Below are positions 30,030-40,437 of a stretch of DNA of 64,000 nt, in pieces. Location: assembly GCA_963801355.1 (NCBI GenBank), contig CAWDEM010000008.1:480001-544000 (forward strand). The letters run 5' to 3'. Below the pieces are notes generated by a model that saw only the letters and a list, made by a program, of their open reading frames with translations, did not search any database and was not told the DNA's origin. The stretch is from Ignavibacteriota bacterium (GTDB lineage: Bacteria; Bacteroidota; Ignavibacteria; UBA10030; UBA6906). Numbering within the stretch: position 1 is the first letter of the stretch; every line of letters begins with the position of its first letter. The translations under genes and the position numbers were made by a program.

Positions 30030-30947
30030 TTATTTGTCATTGGGGCAGATCATCATGATCGCCCCTGGCTCAACACCCAGCTGCACGCCGTTTACATCGC
30101 TCCCGACCACTTCACCGTCTGCGTGAACCTTGAACAGATCGTCAGATTCGACCTGCAACTGCGCTGTGCGCAAATAGCTAACAGCTTTGTGTTCAAGCCG
30201 CTTGCCGCCTAAAACCTTCGGGATCAGTCCGATGATTGTCAGAACTGGAACCTCTCCTATCATGCAGACATCAAGCCTGCCGTCGTCAACGGTGGCCTCA
30301 GGAGTCAGATAGAAACCGCCCCCCGCACTTTTCCCGTTTCCTGCAGCAATGAGCAGGCGCCTGCCGGTCGTGTTACGGCCGTCGGACGAGATGCGGAACT
30401 CCGGTATCTTGAATTTCCGGAGTGTCTGCAGCACCGCAACGAGATACACCAGTGTGCCGCGCAGGTAACTGATTTCGCTGACGCGCTCTGCCACCGAAGC
30501 ATCGAAGCCGATTCCAACACCGTTAACGAAATACCTCTGCGGAGCATATATCATGCTCCCGTTTTCCATTTTGCCCACACGGACCGTGCCTGCGTCAACC
30601 CGGCGCACGTTGGAAGCTTTCAGGATTTGCAGGCAGGATTGCAGCCTTCTCGGGATCCCCACGGATTTCACGAAATCGTTTCCCGATCCCGTCGGGATGA
30701 CCCCAAGGGTTTTCGTGGAGCCGATGATCCCGTTTGCGACCTCGTTCAACGTGCCGTCCCCGCCTACAGCCACGATAATCCTGCTCTCTGAATTGCGCGC
30801 GATTTCCGTCGCGTGTCCCGTGCGCTGCGTCCGGATAACTTCGTACGTGATGCCGAGTCCGGGCAGGAGTCGCTCGACCTCGTTGAGCGTCTTCTGAGCG
30901 GCACCTTTGGCGGCCGCGGGGTTCATGACAAAGGTGAAATCAGTCAA
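30030..30947 (-). CDS. Diacylglycerol kinase family lipid kinase (YegS/BmrU-like)
   Basis: 'MNPAA', 'VGGDGTLNEV', 'PTGSGNDF', 'GIGFDA', 'HADGE'. Confidence 0.92.
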   Translation of the reverse strand: MTDFTFVMNPAAAKGAAQKTLNEVERLLPGLGITYEVIRTQRTGHATEIARNSESRIIVAVGGDGTLNEVANGIIGSTKTLGVIPTGSGNDFVKSVGIPRRLQSCLQILKASNVRRVDAGTVRVGKMENGSMIYAPQRYFVNGVGIGFDASVAERVSEISYLRGTLVYLVAVLQTLRKFKIPEFRISSDGRNTTGRRLLIAAGNGKSAGGGFYLTPEATVDDGRLDVCMIGEVPVLTIIGLIPKVLGGKRLEHKAVSYLRTAQLQVESDDLFKVHADGEVVGSDVNGVQLGVEPGAIMMICPNDK

Positions 30948-30962
30948 GACCGTTGTCCGGCG

Positions 30963-31817
30963 TCAAACACGGGTATACCCATCGATGTTGTTTGAAATGG
31001 TGTCAAATAACACATTGGAAGAGAACACAATACGGGCATGTCCTTCAAGTGAAATTGATGACATTTTCTGACCGTCAAATGAAAATCCAACGCGCAAGAT
31101 CTCGCCGCCGCGGCTTTGCACAGTAACGGGTGAGGAAGCCCCCTTTTCGATTGCAGCCATTACCGCAGATGCGATCGACCCTGTCCCGCACGCCAGAGTT
31201 TCGGCTTCGACTCCCCTTTCATATGTCCGGATGGCGATTGAGTCTTTGCCCGTTACTTTCACAAAGTTCACATTGGTGCCTTCAGGCATGAACTCCGGGT
31301 GCGCACGCAGTTCTCTGCCTGTGCCAAGGACATCGATTTGCTCGAGGTCGTCAACGAACGTCACGACGTGAGGCGCGCCCGTATCGATCGAGTGGCAGAG
31401 GAACCGGCCGGCGGTTGCATGTACGAGGACACCCCTTCGGATGCGCTCGGGGTCTTTCATGGCCACCCGGATCCCGTCGCCGGTGAACGTCGCCTTATAC
31501 AAGTATCCAAACGCTTCGAAGTTTATGTCGTCATGCTCGATGCCGTTTTCCCGGGCGTACAGGACGCAGCATCTCCCTCCGTTGCCGCACATGCCTCCGG
31601 TGCTCCCGTCGGCGTTGTAGTACAACATGGTGAAGTCGGCGCTTGTGGAGGGAGCGAGCACGAGGAGGCCGTCAGCGCCGACGCCGTAGTGACGTTCGCA
31701 GACCGCCCTGGCGAATGCCGGCCAGGAGACCTGCATCTGCCCGCGCGAGTTGTCGACCACCACAAAGTCGTTCCCGGCCCCGCTCAACTTGGCAAATGGA
31801 ATTTCGATCTTGCCCAT
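30963..31817 (-). CDS. dapF: Diaminopimelate epimerase
   Basis: 'KLSGAGNDF', 'GVGADG', 'YNADGS..MCGNG', 'RTYERGVEAETLACGTG'. Start set at ATG 31817; the ORF-track extension runs through the tmRNA. Confidence 0.96.
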   Translation of the reverse strand: MGKIEIPFAKLSGAGNDFVVVDNSRGQMQVSWPAFARAVCERHYGVGADGLLVLAPSTSADFTMLYYNADGSTGGMCGNGGRCCVLYARENGIEHDDINFEAFGYLYKATFTGDGIRVAMKDPERIRRGVLVHATAGRFLCHSIDTGAPHVVTFVDDLEQIDVLGTGRELRAHPEFMPEGTNVNFVKVTGKDSIAIRTYERGVEAETLACGTGSIASAVMAAIEKGASSPVTVQSRGGEILRVGFSFDGQKMSSISLEGHARIVFSSNVLFDTISNNIDGYTRV

Positions 31818-31829
31818 AGATGTCTCCCT

Positions 31830-31865
31830 GGAAAAGGAAACGCTCCCGGGTCTGCCCCGGGAGCG
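31830..31865 (-). terminator. Intrinsic terminator of ssrA
   Basis: CGCTCCCGGG/CCCGGGAGCG stem directly after the tmRNA CCA end, followed on the minus strand by TTTCCTTTTCC. Confidence 0.75.
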
Positions 31866-31866
31866 C

Positions 31867-32244
31867 TGGTGGAGATGGCGGGAGTCGAACCCGCGTCCGA
31901 AGAGAAGACCATCCGGACCACTACATGCGTATTCTGTCTTTTGAGCTTCATCCTGCCGCCTCCGACAGACAGGCGGTTGGCAGAACAACCCCGGGGTGGC
32001 CAGCCTTTCGGCCGGCTTCGCCAGACGCCCCCAGAGAGTGCGGCTGGCTATCCTGTCTGAAGTCGGCGCCTCTTCGGAATCCGGCAGGCAGAATTCCGGG
32101 AGACGGACCGCTTAACCTAGATTAAGCAGCCAGTGCGTAGTTGTAGTCTGCACTTGTTTTTTTCCGCGTTGTTTAACGTGCACCACGGAGAGCACGGCAT
32201 GCAATCCAGACCATCCTCGTCCCCGTCGAAACCGGGTCATCCCC
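31867..32244 (-). ncRNA. ssrA: tmRNA (SsrA), tag peptide (A)DYNYALAA*
   Basis: 5' GGGGATGACCCGGTTTCGAC; 3' GGACGCGGGTTCGACTCCCGCCATCTCCACCA (Ala acceptor with T-loop); tag frame GCA GAC TAC AAC TAC GCA CTG GCT GCT TAA at 32151-32122. Confidence 0.97.
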
Positions 32245-32252
32245 TCTGCCAC

Positions 32253-32281
32253 ATTGTACGTATCGTGCCGGACAAAATCAA
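32253..32281 (-). promoter_or_regulatory. Sigma70-like promoter of ssrA
   Basis: Minus strand TTGATT - 17 bp - TACAAT, ending 8 nt before the mature tmRNA 5' end. Confidence 0.65.
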
Positions 32282-33129
32282 GTTTTCTTGCCCAGATAGG
32301 TGCGTGTAAGGAAGTCCCTCAAGAACGCGAACGCCGCATGCGGTTCGTCGAAGAAATGGAGCAACCCGAGGTCTTTCCTGGAGATCATTCCCTGCTCCAC
32401 CATGTGATCCAGATCGAATACTTTCTTCCAGTATTCTGATCCGTAGATGATGATTGCGACCTTTTTCTTGATCTTCCTGGTCTGCAGCAGGGTCACAATC
32501 TCCATGAGTTCGTCAAGTGTCCCGAAACCACCCGGCATGATCACGAGGGCCTTTGCGAGGTATGCGAACCAGAACTTGCGCATGAAGAAGTAATGGAACT
32601 CAAGACTCAAGTCCTTGCTGATATACGAATTGGCAAACTGTTCGAATGGCAGGCTGATGTTCAAGCCGACGGACTGGCCGCGCTCCAGATATGCACCCCT
32701 GTTTGCCGCTTCCATGATTCCCGGCCCACCGCCCGAACACACCACGAACCGGCGTGCGTCCGGCAGAGATTTCGCCCATCGTGTGAGGAGGCGGGCGATC
32801 GTGACAGTGTCCTCATAGTACCTGGACATTTCCTGCTGGACTTCAGCCTTTCGCAACGCGTTCAGGAGTGCGCGGCCGGGCCTGTGCGTTCTCACAACTC
32901 TGCGTTTGATTTTCATGTACTCGCGGGAAGTCTCCGCGTACGAACGGATTCTGGCCGATCCGAAAAAAACGACGGTGTCGCGGATCTTCTGCTGGCGGAA
33001 CCGCCGCTGGGGCTCGAGGAATTCTGAAAGCATGCGAATCACCCGCGCTTCGGGGCTGTTCAAAAACTCCATGTTCTTATATGCCTTGGGAGGCTTACGT
33101 ATCGGTTTGGGTTTCATAGGTTTTCCCAT
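32278..33129 (-). CDS. LOG family (TIGR00730-like) nucleotide phosphoribohydrolase
   Basis: 'FFGSAR', 'SGGGPGIMEAANRGA', 'FHYFFMRKFWF', 'PGGFGTLDEL'. Start approximate. Confidence 0.9.
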   Translation of the reverse strand: MGKPMKPKPIRKPPKAYKNMEFLNSPEARVIRMLSEFLEPQRRFRQQKIRDTVVFFGSARIRSYAETSREYMKIKRRVVRTHRPGRALLNALRKAEVQQEMSRYYEDTVTIARLLTRWAKSLPDARRFVVCSGGGPGIMEAANRGAYLERGQSVGLNISLPFEQFANSYISKDLSLEFHYFFMRKFWFAYLAKALVIMPGGFGTLDELMEIVTLLQTRKIKKKVAIIIYGSEYWKKVFDLDHMVEQGMISRKDLGLLHFFDEPHAAFAFLRDFLTRTYLGKKT

Positions 33130-33968
33130 CACGTGAGCAAGCAATATGTGCGATCGGCGATGCCTTCCACCTGAACCTCGGGCGTGACAATTCCCCTGCG
33201 GATAAGTTCACCGAGCGTCTGAAATATTTCCTGGCGCTCCCAGCGAAATAGTCGCTTGATGTCGGCAAAGGTCAAGACCAGTTGGTTTCTGAAATGACGT
33301 TCCAGAATCGCCCGCCGGGCTTCCTCGATGGAGAGGCCGCGGGCCCTTCTCGTCTGCACGGGATACTTCCTGCTGGCAAGCGCCCACAGGGCTGAAGAAG
33401 GCCTGCGGTCATCCTCAAGTGCTGCAATCTTCATTCTCACCTGAAGCTCCGTCAGCGCAAGGTCAAATGCGCTCTTTCCGGTTCCCGTCAGCGCGCTGAG
33501 GCGGTGCCGGAGATCCTGCGTCGTCTGAGGAGATTTCCTCCGGAGTTGTTCGAGAATGTGCTGGGCGGTGGGGCTCAGGCCCGCCTTTCGGGATTGGGTC
33601 CGGATCGCGGATTCCCGGCGATCGCTCATTGCCATGAAATATGGCAAATACTCCATGGAAACCAGCATAGGACGGCGCAAGAGAATTTTTCCGCAAAAGG
33701 CATCACGCTCATCCGGCAGTATCCCTCTCAGATCCCAGGAGAAGGAGGATGCTCCCGGACTGCGTGCAGGAGTTCTCCCACCCGCGCTCCCTTCAAGGGC
33801 ATTAGCCAGACTTGGCAGGCCGGGTTCAGTGATCCTGTACAGAAAACAGAAACCAACATCGTTCACAAACCGGATAGCCTGGCGCCTGGTTCTTATGCGC
33901 AACCGCGGCGACGTTCTGTGCGTCCGATCCCTCCACCGCTCGATCTGTGCAAGTGTGTACGATTTCAT
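33129..33968 (-). CDS. Hypothetical protein, probable AlkZ/YcaQ-related winged-helix DNA-binding protein
   Basis: 'AIRFVNDVGFCFL', 'GKILLRRPMLVS', wHTH-like 'ILEQLRRKSPQTTQDLR..FDLALTELQ'. Family assignment is from recall only. Confidence 0.55.
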   Translation of the reverse strand: MKSYTLAQIERWRDRTHRTSPRLRIRTRRQAIRFVNDVGFCFLYRITEPGLPSLANALEGSAGGRTPARSPGASSFSWDLRGILPDERDAFCGKILLRRPMLVSMEYLPYFMAMSDRRESAIRTQSRKAGLSPTAQHILEQLRRKSPQTTQDLRHRLSALTGTGKSAFDLALTELQVRMKIAALEDDRRPSSALWALASRKYPVQTRRARGLSIEEARRAILERHFRNQLVLTFADIKRLFRWERQEIFQTLGELIRRGIVTPEVQVEGIADRTYCLLT

Positions 33969-33983
33969 CCTTGGCCCCTGAGA

Positions 33984-35807
33984 TCATTCATCATGCGCGT
34001 CGCGCAACAGCATGATGTTTCCGTCGAAGTCCGTTGCGAGTATTTCGTCCCCATTCAATGGGGTCAACGTGTTAACTGTCACTGCACTGGCCCTATGAAT
34101 CCACCGTATCCGGCCGTCGGCTGCGTTCATTGCGTATACAAACCCTTTCATTGATCCGTAGAACAGCATCCCATCCTTCTCCACGGGCATCGCCGCATTG
34201 ATATCGTAGCCGAACCCTGGTGTCGAGACCCACTTTTCGACCGGGCGATCTGCGTCGGAGGCAAAGGCGACCAGCGAGTCTCTCATGGTCCGGACGATGA
34301 CAAGCGCGCTGTCCGAGGTCATACCGATGCTCTCCCGCACCTGGTGTTTCCGGGACCTCCAGACGACGTGACCGGTTGCGCGGTCGAGAACGGTCATTGC
34401 CCGGTCAGGGGCAACGAGGAAGAGGAGACGCCCCCGGGCCACGGGCAGGCACGCCGCGGGGGATAAGAGGCGCCCGCGTCGGGGGCCTTGCCATCGCCAT
34501 TGGAGGCGGCCCGTTGCTGCATCAAGCGCGTACAACGTTTCGTCCCAGGCACCGAAATAGACGCTCCCCTCTTGCACCAGAGCCCTGGTCTCAACAAAAC
34601 CGGCGACGCTGTCGAAACTCCAGAGTTCCGCCCCTGAGTCAAGGTCAAGCGCACGGAACTTCCCGTCGCTCCCGCCAACGAACACGCTGCCTCCTGCCAC
34701 GGCCGGCGCGGCTACAACGGGAGCACCTTCCAGATATTTCCAGCGAACAACTCCCGAGTAGAGGTCCAGGCAGCGGACAGTACTGTCCGCCGACGTGACG
34801 ATCACGCGGTCACCGGCAATTGCGGGGGCAGCGAACACCGGTCCGTTCGTCTGGTGGGCCCAGATGTGGGTGCCATCACAGGCTCGCAGCGCATGCACGG
34901 CGCCCGAGGCATCTCCGGCGACAACAACGCCATTGTTAGCCGCAGGAGCGGAGGTGATGGTGAATCCCCCGTTCCATTTCCATTCCATGCGCACTTCGGG
35001 ATATCCCGCGTTGACAGAAAAATCGGACCGGTTCGTCGTGCTCCTCTCGTGGTGCACGCGGGAAAGCCGGAGTGTTGACCAGGGAGGCGACAGTGCTGCC
35101 GGGATTCGTTCTTCCTGAATGGAAAGCGAGTCCCCCGTAATAGTCACGAGGTTGTAGACGGGCCCCCTGCCCGCGGCGTCGACGAGCGCAGTGCCCATCA
35201 ATCCCGGGAATCCCTCAAAGGACAGGTTCATGTTCCGGTGACCGTGTCCCACGAGAAACAAGCGTACATCGGTCTCATCAAGGCGGTCCAGCAGCTCATA
35301 CCAATTCACAATGCTGGAATCGATCGGGTAGTGGGAAATGAAAATGACGGGTGAACCGTCGCGGCGAGCGCGCCCAAGAGTTGAGTCGCACCACCGGAGG
35401 TCATCCGGTGCGAAATGGCCGTCAGCCATCCTGAGCAGCGGTCCTTGCGAGAGTCCGATGAAGGTGTAGTTCCCGGACGAGAAGACAAAGCGGTTACCCC
35501 CGAAGAGCCGGGGGAATGTGGTGGTTCCTGATTCCGACCATTTCGTGTCGTGGTTGCCGGGAATAATCTTAAAAGGAAGACGGAGACCGTCGAGGATGCG
35601 CCTGGTGGTGAGGAGCTCTTCATCGGAACCCATTTCGGTGATATCTCCGGAGAGAATCACGAAGCTGATGTCTTGGTGTCCGTTCAGTTGGTCGACTGCA
35701 CGCTCGAGCGCTTCCGCTGCCCCCTGGCTCCCCACGTGGAGATCGGTGAGCCAGGCAAAGCGGACCGGGATACTCTGGAGCAGCAAAGCGAGAAGACAGG
35801 CCGTCAT
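33984..35807 (-). CDS. Calcineurin-like phosphoesterase fused to PQQ-like (BamB-type) beta-propeller
   Basis: 'TDLH', 'SGDITE', 'PGNHD', 'GHGH', then repeated 'ALD..SG...W' propeller blades. Confidence 0.88.
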   Translation of the reverse strand: MTACLLALLLQSIPVRFAWLTDLHVGSQGAAEALERAVDQLNGHQDISFVILSGDITEMGSDEELLTTRRILDGLRLPFKIIPGNHDTKWSESGTTTFPRLFGGNRFVFSSGNYTFIGLSQGPLLRMADGHFAPDDLRWCDSTLGRARRDGSPVIFISHYPIDSSIVNWYELLDRLDETDVRLFLVGHGHRNMNLSFEGFPGLMGTALVDAAGRGPVYNLVTITGDSLSIQEERIPAALSPPWSTLRLSRVHHERSTTNRSDFSVNAGYPEVRMEWKWNGGFTITSAPAANNGVVVAGDASGAVHALRACDGTHIWAHQTNGPVFAAPAIAGDRVIVTSADSTVRCLDLYSGVVRWKYLEGAPVVAAPAVAGGSVFVGGSDGKFRALDLDSGAELWSFDSVAGFVETRALVQEGSVYFGAWDETLYALDAATGRLQWRWQGPRRGRLLSPAACLPVARGRLLFLVAPDRAMTVLDRATGHVVWRSRKHQVRESIGMTSDSALVIVRTMRDSLVAFASDADRPVEKWVSTPGFGYDINAAMPVEKDGMLFYGSMKGFVYAMNAADGRIRWIHRASAVTVNTLTPLNGDEILATDFDGNIMLLRDAHDE

Positions 35808-35820
35808 CGCGTCACCGAGA

Positions 35821-37158
35821 TCAGTAGAGGCGCTTCACATCTGCCCCGCGGAAATAGTGCCTGACGATCTCATCCGCGGCGAACCCCTTCACTGCCATCA
35901 CCGCCGCGCCGATCTGGCATAATCCGACCCCATGGCCCCAACCGGCTCCGTGGAGTATGAACCGCAGTGGAGTGCCGGAGTCATCCTGTTCTGTTTCGAC
36001 AACAAACGCCGAACTGTAGAGGTGACTCGGCGAGAGCCACCGGCGGATTTCCAGCTCCTTGCCGACCGTGATGGTGCGTTCCGAGCCCTCGATGCGCAAC
36101 CGCACGATTCGTCCGGACGGGCCTCGTTCGACAGGAACCAGTGCACGCAACGATCCGAAACGAATGCCTGATTTCCGGAGAAGGAGATCCTCGAGTTCCT
36201 GGCGGGCATAGATAACTTTCCAGCGAAAGAAGTCCGTGGTCTCCTGGTCAAACGATGGAAGGACCTGCCGGAGGATCGCACCGTCGCGGGTGTTGCAGAA
36301 TGCGTCTGGCGAAGAGTGCACCCAGGCGTGCATCTGATTTTCGGATGTGATCGGAGGGAATGCGGTGAGTGAATCGGCGATCGTGTGCAGGTATGGTACC
36401 TGACGATCCTCCCAGCAGTTGGCAAACTCTTCCGTCAATCCGCCGCACGCCTTGTAGAATCGTGCGTCGCAAATGTTACCTTCGTAGACAAGGAAGACGC
36501 CACGGGTTTCTTCGATCGACGCAGCCACCGTCCGGGAGATGATTTTTGTAGTCCCCTGGTAGCGCTGACAGTGATCATCGGCGCAGACATCGTAGAGGTC
36601 GTGGTCTTCGCGCGTGTACCACCTGATGAGTTCGGTAGTCTCCGCGTCAAGGGGAGACGACGCACGCGGGACATGACCTTCTTCGGCTGCACGCTCGAGC
36701 ATTGCGACGAGCCAGCTGCGCGATGTGATAGCATGGGCTTTCAGAAGTGCCGCAGGGGCTGTCGCACTCATTTCCGAAGAAATTACGCTCTTGAGATATT
36801 CTTCGAGAGGGATGACATTGATTGCCGTGATCCCTTTTCCGGGCCTGGCCAGGAGCTGGAGCGCCCCCTGAAAGGTCTGCGTCTCTTTTCGCTCCCAATG
36901 AAACTTTACCCCAATCGTGACATCATGCAAAACGATGGAGGTGTCAGCCGCGGCGGGCGTGAGCGTAATCCGGTCTGTTTTGTTAGCAATGCCATCCCTG
37001 GTAAAGACCAGCTCGAGGCCGCCGCTTGCGGCAGTACAGACAAAATCCCCTTCTCTGCGGGCCCCATGTTCATCCAGAAACGGGCCCTGGAGGCTTCCCT
37101 TGACCTGCGGATACTCTTCAAGGATGCCGACCCGCAAATTCGGTTCACTGGTAATCAT
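35821..37158 (-). CDS. SpoIID/LytB domain protein (putative lytic transglycosylase)
   Basis: 'INVIPLEEYLKSVISSEM', 'LKAHAITSRS', 'DVCADDHCQRYQG', 'GWGHGVGLCQIGA'. Alternative start at 37300. Confidence 0.9.
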   Translation of the reverse strand: MITSEPNLRVGILEEYPQVKGSLQGPFLDEHGARREGDFVCTAASGGLELVFTRDGIANKTDRITLTPAAADTSIVLHDVTIGVKFHWERKETQTFQGALQLLARPGKGITAINVIPLEEYLKSVISSEMSATAPAALLKAHAITSRSWLVAMLERAAEEGHVPRASSPLDAETTELIRWYTREDHDLYDVCADDHCQRYQGTTKIISRTVAASIEETRGVFLVYEGNICDARFYKACGGLTEEFANCWEDRQVPYLHTIADSLTAFPPITSENQMHAWVHSSPDAFCNTRDGAILRQVLPSFDQETTDFFRWKVIYARQELEDLLLRKSGIRFGSLRALVPVERGPSGRIVRLRIEGSERTITVGKELEIRRWLSPSHLYSSAFVVETEQDDSGTPLRFILHGAGWGHGVGLCQIGAAVMAVKGFAADEIVRHYFRGADVKRLY

Positions 37159-37397
37159 TTCGTGCCATGGCAATGAGACAAGTCTTAAAATATACGGACA
37201 CAACCCCCGGTATGCAAACAGACAAGCCCCGAACTGAGCGGCACCGTTCGGGTCGGCAGAGGCAGCTTTGTGGTCGAATTTGTGCACTTGTAGACTCATG
37301 AACCTCTTCCTCGTAGTAAGAGGCATAACAAGGCCCACTATGATGTCGCAAGATTGGTATCAAATTTGCTCTGGTATTACAAGACATTGGAGCATCT

Positions 37398-37595
37398 ATG
37401 GCAGCCTGGAACGGAGTGGCAGATTGTCCCAAATGTGGCAACAAGGGAACGCTGGTTGTATACGGCGAAGCCTGCACACTTGAGGTTGACGGATGCTGGG
37501 TATGCGGATACGGGCGGGAGCACAAGACCGCCGTGACACAGTTCTTACCTATCAAGCATTTACGGATTGAAAAACGGTCCCCTGCGTCTGAATGA
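37398..37595 (+). CDS. Small putative zinc-ribbon protein (65 aa)
   Basis: GGAG RBS before ATG; CPKC-x19-CWVC motif. Confidence 0.45.
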   Translation: MAAWNGVADCPKCGNKGTLVVYGEACTLEVDGCWVCGYGREHKTAVTQFLPIKHLRIEKRSPASE

Positions 37596-37893
37596 CCGGG
37601 GGAAATGGACCTACGATCCCCGCCGGTGCCGATTCTCCTGAGACCTATCTCAAAACCTCTCCTGAGAACGATAAAAGAGTCGGCACCGGCTAACCTTTCT
37701 TCAAATATACCTGTCTTATTGACCTCTTCCCCGCCCTCTCCTGGCACATTTAACCGCCATAGATAAGTTCTTTTGCTTTAGGTTAGTTACATTTGTCTCT
37801 GGAAGTAGATTCCAGGAATGAGGTGGAACCGACGGAGTGATGAAGCGGTTCCACACTATGCAGGAGGAACAGCAGAGGACAAAAGGCAATCAC

Positions 37894-38733
37894 ATGAACC
37901 GCAACGCATTTGTCGATCATCTCAACGCGCACAGGGACGAAGCGCGTTTCGGGTTTCAGCTCAAAGAAGGGTCGGAGCGATTCGTTGACAACCTCCTGGC
38001 GGTACTCTTCCCCCATTTCTCGAAAGAGCTTCTCAGTACTCCCGAACAGATCGCGTCCCGTCTCGTGCTCCTTGAAGGGGATCTCACGCGGCTCCTCACG
38101 CCCCTCCTGTCTGACAGCGACCAGGATGCGTCGAAGACTTCCGGAGAGTTCATGGCGGCGCTGCCGGGCATTCATGCCCGGCTCATGGATGACGCGCGGG
38201 CAATCCATCTGGGTGATCCCGCTGCGGAATCTCTGGATGAGGTGATCCTGGCCTATCCCGGATTTACCGCAATCGCCATATACCGCTTCGCGCACGAGTT
38301 CTACAGAAGGCAAGTGCCGATTTTCCCCCGGCTCCTTACCGAGTACGGGCATCATCTCACGGGAATTGATATTCATCCGGGAGCGGAGATCGGCAGGAGC
38401 TTTGCCATCGATCACGGCACGGGGATTGTCATCGGGGAATCGACCGTTATCGGCGACGACGTGAAACTCTACCAGGGAGTGACGCTTGGGGCTCTCAGCG
38501 TAGACAAGCGGCTGGCCAAATCGAAAAGACACCCCACGATCGAGGATCACTCGGTCATCTATGCACAGGCAGTCATTCTCGGGGGTGAGACCGTCGTGGG
38601 CCATCATAGCATCATTGGCGGCAATGTATGGTTGACCGAAAGTGTTCCCCCGTACTCCTTCGTTTATCAGGAGCACAAGGCGCGCATCCAGGCTCAGGAG
38701 GAACGAAGGCCCACCGTGGAGTACATGATTTGA
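37894..38733 (+). CDS. cysE: Serine O-acetyltransferase (CysE/EpsC type)
   Basis: 'GDPAA..EVILAYPG', 'TGIDIHPGA', 'IDHGTGIVIGE', 'YQGVTLG', 'KRHPTI'. Confidence 0.93.
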   Translation: MNRNAFVDHLNAHRDEARFGFQLKEGSERFVDNLLAVLFPHFSKELLSTPEQIASRLVLLEGDLTRLLTPLLSDSDQDASKTSGEFMAALPGIHARLMDDARAIHLGDPAAESLDEVILAYPGFTAIAIYRFAHEFYRRQVPIFPRLLTEYGHHLTGIDIHPGAEIGRSFAIDHGTGIVIGESTVIGDDVKLYQGVTLGALSVDKRLAKSKRHPTIEDHSVIYAQAVILGGETVVGHHSIIGGNVWLTESVPPYSFVYQEHKARIQAQEERRPTVEYMI

Positions 38734-38850
38734 TCGATCCGGATCACACCGGGGCACACCGTCGGTCTGCAACGTACCGGGAAAGAGGTTTTTTTTGACT
38801 GCGGAGTGCGTATATTCCACTGTCCACTCGCAACTGTAAAAGGAACCACC

Positions 38851-40419
38851 ATGCTCTCACTCTCTGTGCCGACCGGGATAGTTCTCTCCCTCATCGCTTC
38901 CGCGCTTTGCATGGTAACGATCTTCCCTGCTGCCGGACAGACCCGCATCGTTGTGCACGCGGATCAAGGCAAAGACACCATCAACCGGAACATCTACGGG
39001 CACTTCTCGGAACACCTTGGCCGCTGCATCTATGGCGGTTTTTTCGTGGGTGATGGGAAGGCTGGGATCCCGAACACCCGTGGCATCAGGAACGATGTGG
39101 TTGCAGCCCTGCGCGCTCTCCGGATTCCGGTGCTGCGATGGCCGGGAGGATGCTTTGCTGATACCTACCACTGGAAAGATGGCATCGGGCCGAAGACCCA
39201 GCGTCCGTCGATGGTCAATGTCTGGTGGGGTGGCATCACCGAAGACAACAGTTTCGGCACTCACGAGTTTCTGGATCTCTGTGAGCAACTCGGAACGGAG
39301 CCGTATTTTTCCGGCAATGTCGGTAGCGGCACGGTTGAGGAGCTTGTCCAGTGGGTGCAGTACGTCAACTCACCGTCCGGCAATCCGATGTCCGCGCTCC
39401 GCGCTAAGAACGGTCATGAAAAACCCTGGAACGTGCGCTATTGGGGGATCGGGAACGAAGCATGGGGATGCGGCGGCAACATGAGGGCTGAACACTACGC
39501 CGATGTCTACAGGGCATACGCGACCTTCATCGCCGGCGGCTGGGGCAGCCAGGGAGTGTTCCGGATTGCATCCGGCGCTGCGGGGGCAGACTACCACTGG
39601 ACAGAAGTGCTCATGCGTGACGTTCCCCTCTCGCTGCTGGAGGGGGTGGCGTTGCACCACTACTCGGTCATTGACTGGAACAAGAAGGGCTCGGCCACGA
39701 AATTCAGCGTTGACGAGTATGCGACGACAATGCGCGAAGCCCAGCGGATGGAAACCCTGGTGCAGAATCACATCGCGATCATGGACAAGTACGATCCGAA
39801 AAAGAAGGTCGCGCTCGTGGTGGACGAATGGGGCGGATGGTACGATACCGAGCCCGGCACGAATCCGGCGTTCCTGTACCAGCAGAACACCGTGCGCGAT
39901 GCAATGATCGCGGGGGTGACGCTCAATACGTTCAACAACCATTGTGACCGTGTGCGCATGGCCAACCTGGCGCAGACGGTCAACGTGCTTCAAGCCGTCG
40001 TGCTCACCGACGGTCCGAAACTGCTCCTCACTCCTACGTATCACGTGATGGAAATGTACCGCGGACACCAGGACGCCCTGATGCTGCCTGTTGAAATTGC
40101 ACAGACTCCGCTCATCCTCGGAGGTGACACGCTGCAGGCGGTATCGGCATCCGCGTCGCGCGATCGCGAAGGATTTACGACCATTTCCCTGGTCAACATC
40201 GATCCGTTGGAAGGCCGTGCAACTGAAGTCAATATCAGCGAGGCCAGGTTCGCTTCGGTGGAGGGACGCATTCTCAAGGGACGTACGTTGCAGGACCATA
40301 ATACGTTTGAAGATCCGGAACGCGTCCGGCCGGCGGCGTTCAACGAAGTAACGCTGTCGGGGACCGGCCTCCGTCTTATGCTTCCGCCGTGCAGCGTCGT
40401 CACGCTCCGGTGCCGCTAA
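38851..40419 (+). CDS. Alpha-L-arabinofuranosidase, GH51
   Basis: Signal peptide; '[10 protein letters not shown]', 'RWPGGCFAD', '[12 protein letters not shown]' (acid/base Glu), 'VDEWG' (nucleophile), '[12 protein letters not shown]'. Confidence 0.93.
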   Translation: MLSLSVPTGIVLSLIASALCMVTIFPAAGQTRIVVHADQGKDTINRNIYGHFSEHLGRCIYGGFFVGDGKAGIPNTRGIRNDVVAALRALRIPVLRWPGGCFADTYHWKDGIGPKTQRPSMVNVWWGGITEDNSFGTHEFLDLCEQLGTEPYFSGNVGSGTVEELVQWVQYVNSPSGNPMSALRAKNGHEKPWNVRYWGIGNEAWGCGGNMRAEHYADVYRAYATFIAGGWGSQGVFRIASGAAGADYHWTEVLMRDVPLSLLEGVALHHYSVIDWNKKGSATKFSVDEYATTMREAQRMETLVQNHIAIMDKYDPKKKVALVVDEWGGWYDTEPGTNPAFLYQQNTVRDAMIAGVTLNTFNNHCDRVRMANLAQTVNVLQAVVLTDGPKLLLTPTYHVMEMYRGHQDALMLPVEIAQTPLILGGDTLQAVSASASRDREGFTTISLVNIDPLEGRATEVNISEARFASVEGRILKGRTLQDHNTFEDPERVRPAAFNEVTLSGTGLRLMLPPCSVVTLRCR

Positions 40420-40437
40420 GCTGTGCGGCTGAGAACG

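Noticed and set aside
31867-31900. tmRNA 3' end as an integration site for an island
   Set aside because: Housekeeping dapF follows directly; I saw no integrase or duplicated 3' end in the window.
31818-31988. N-terminal extension of dapF in the ORF track
   Set aside because: It runs through the tmRNA 3' end and terminator; DapF homology begins at ATG 31817.
37742-37757. Sigma-54 promoter TGGCAC upstream of cysE
   Set aside because: GG to GC spacing is 11 rather than 10 and the -12 TTGC is absent.
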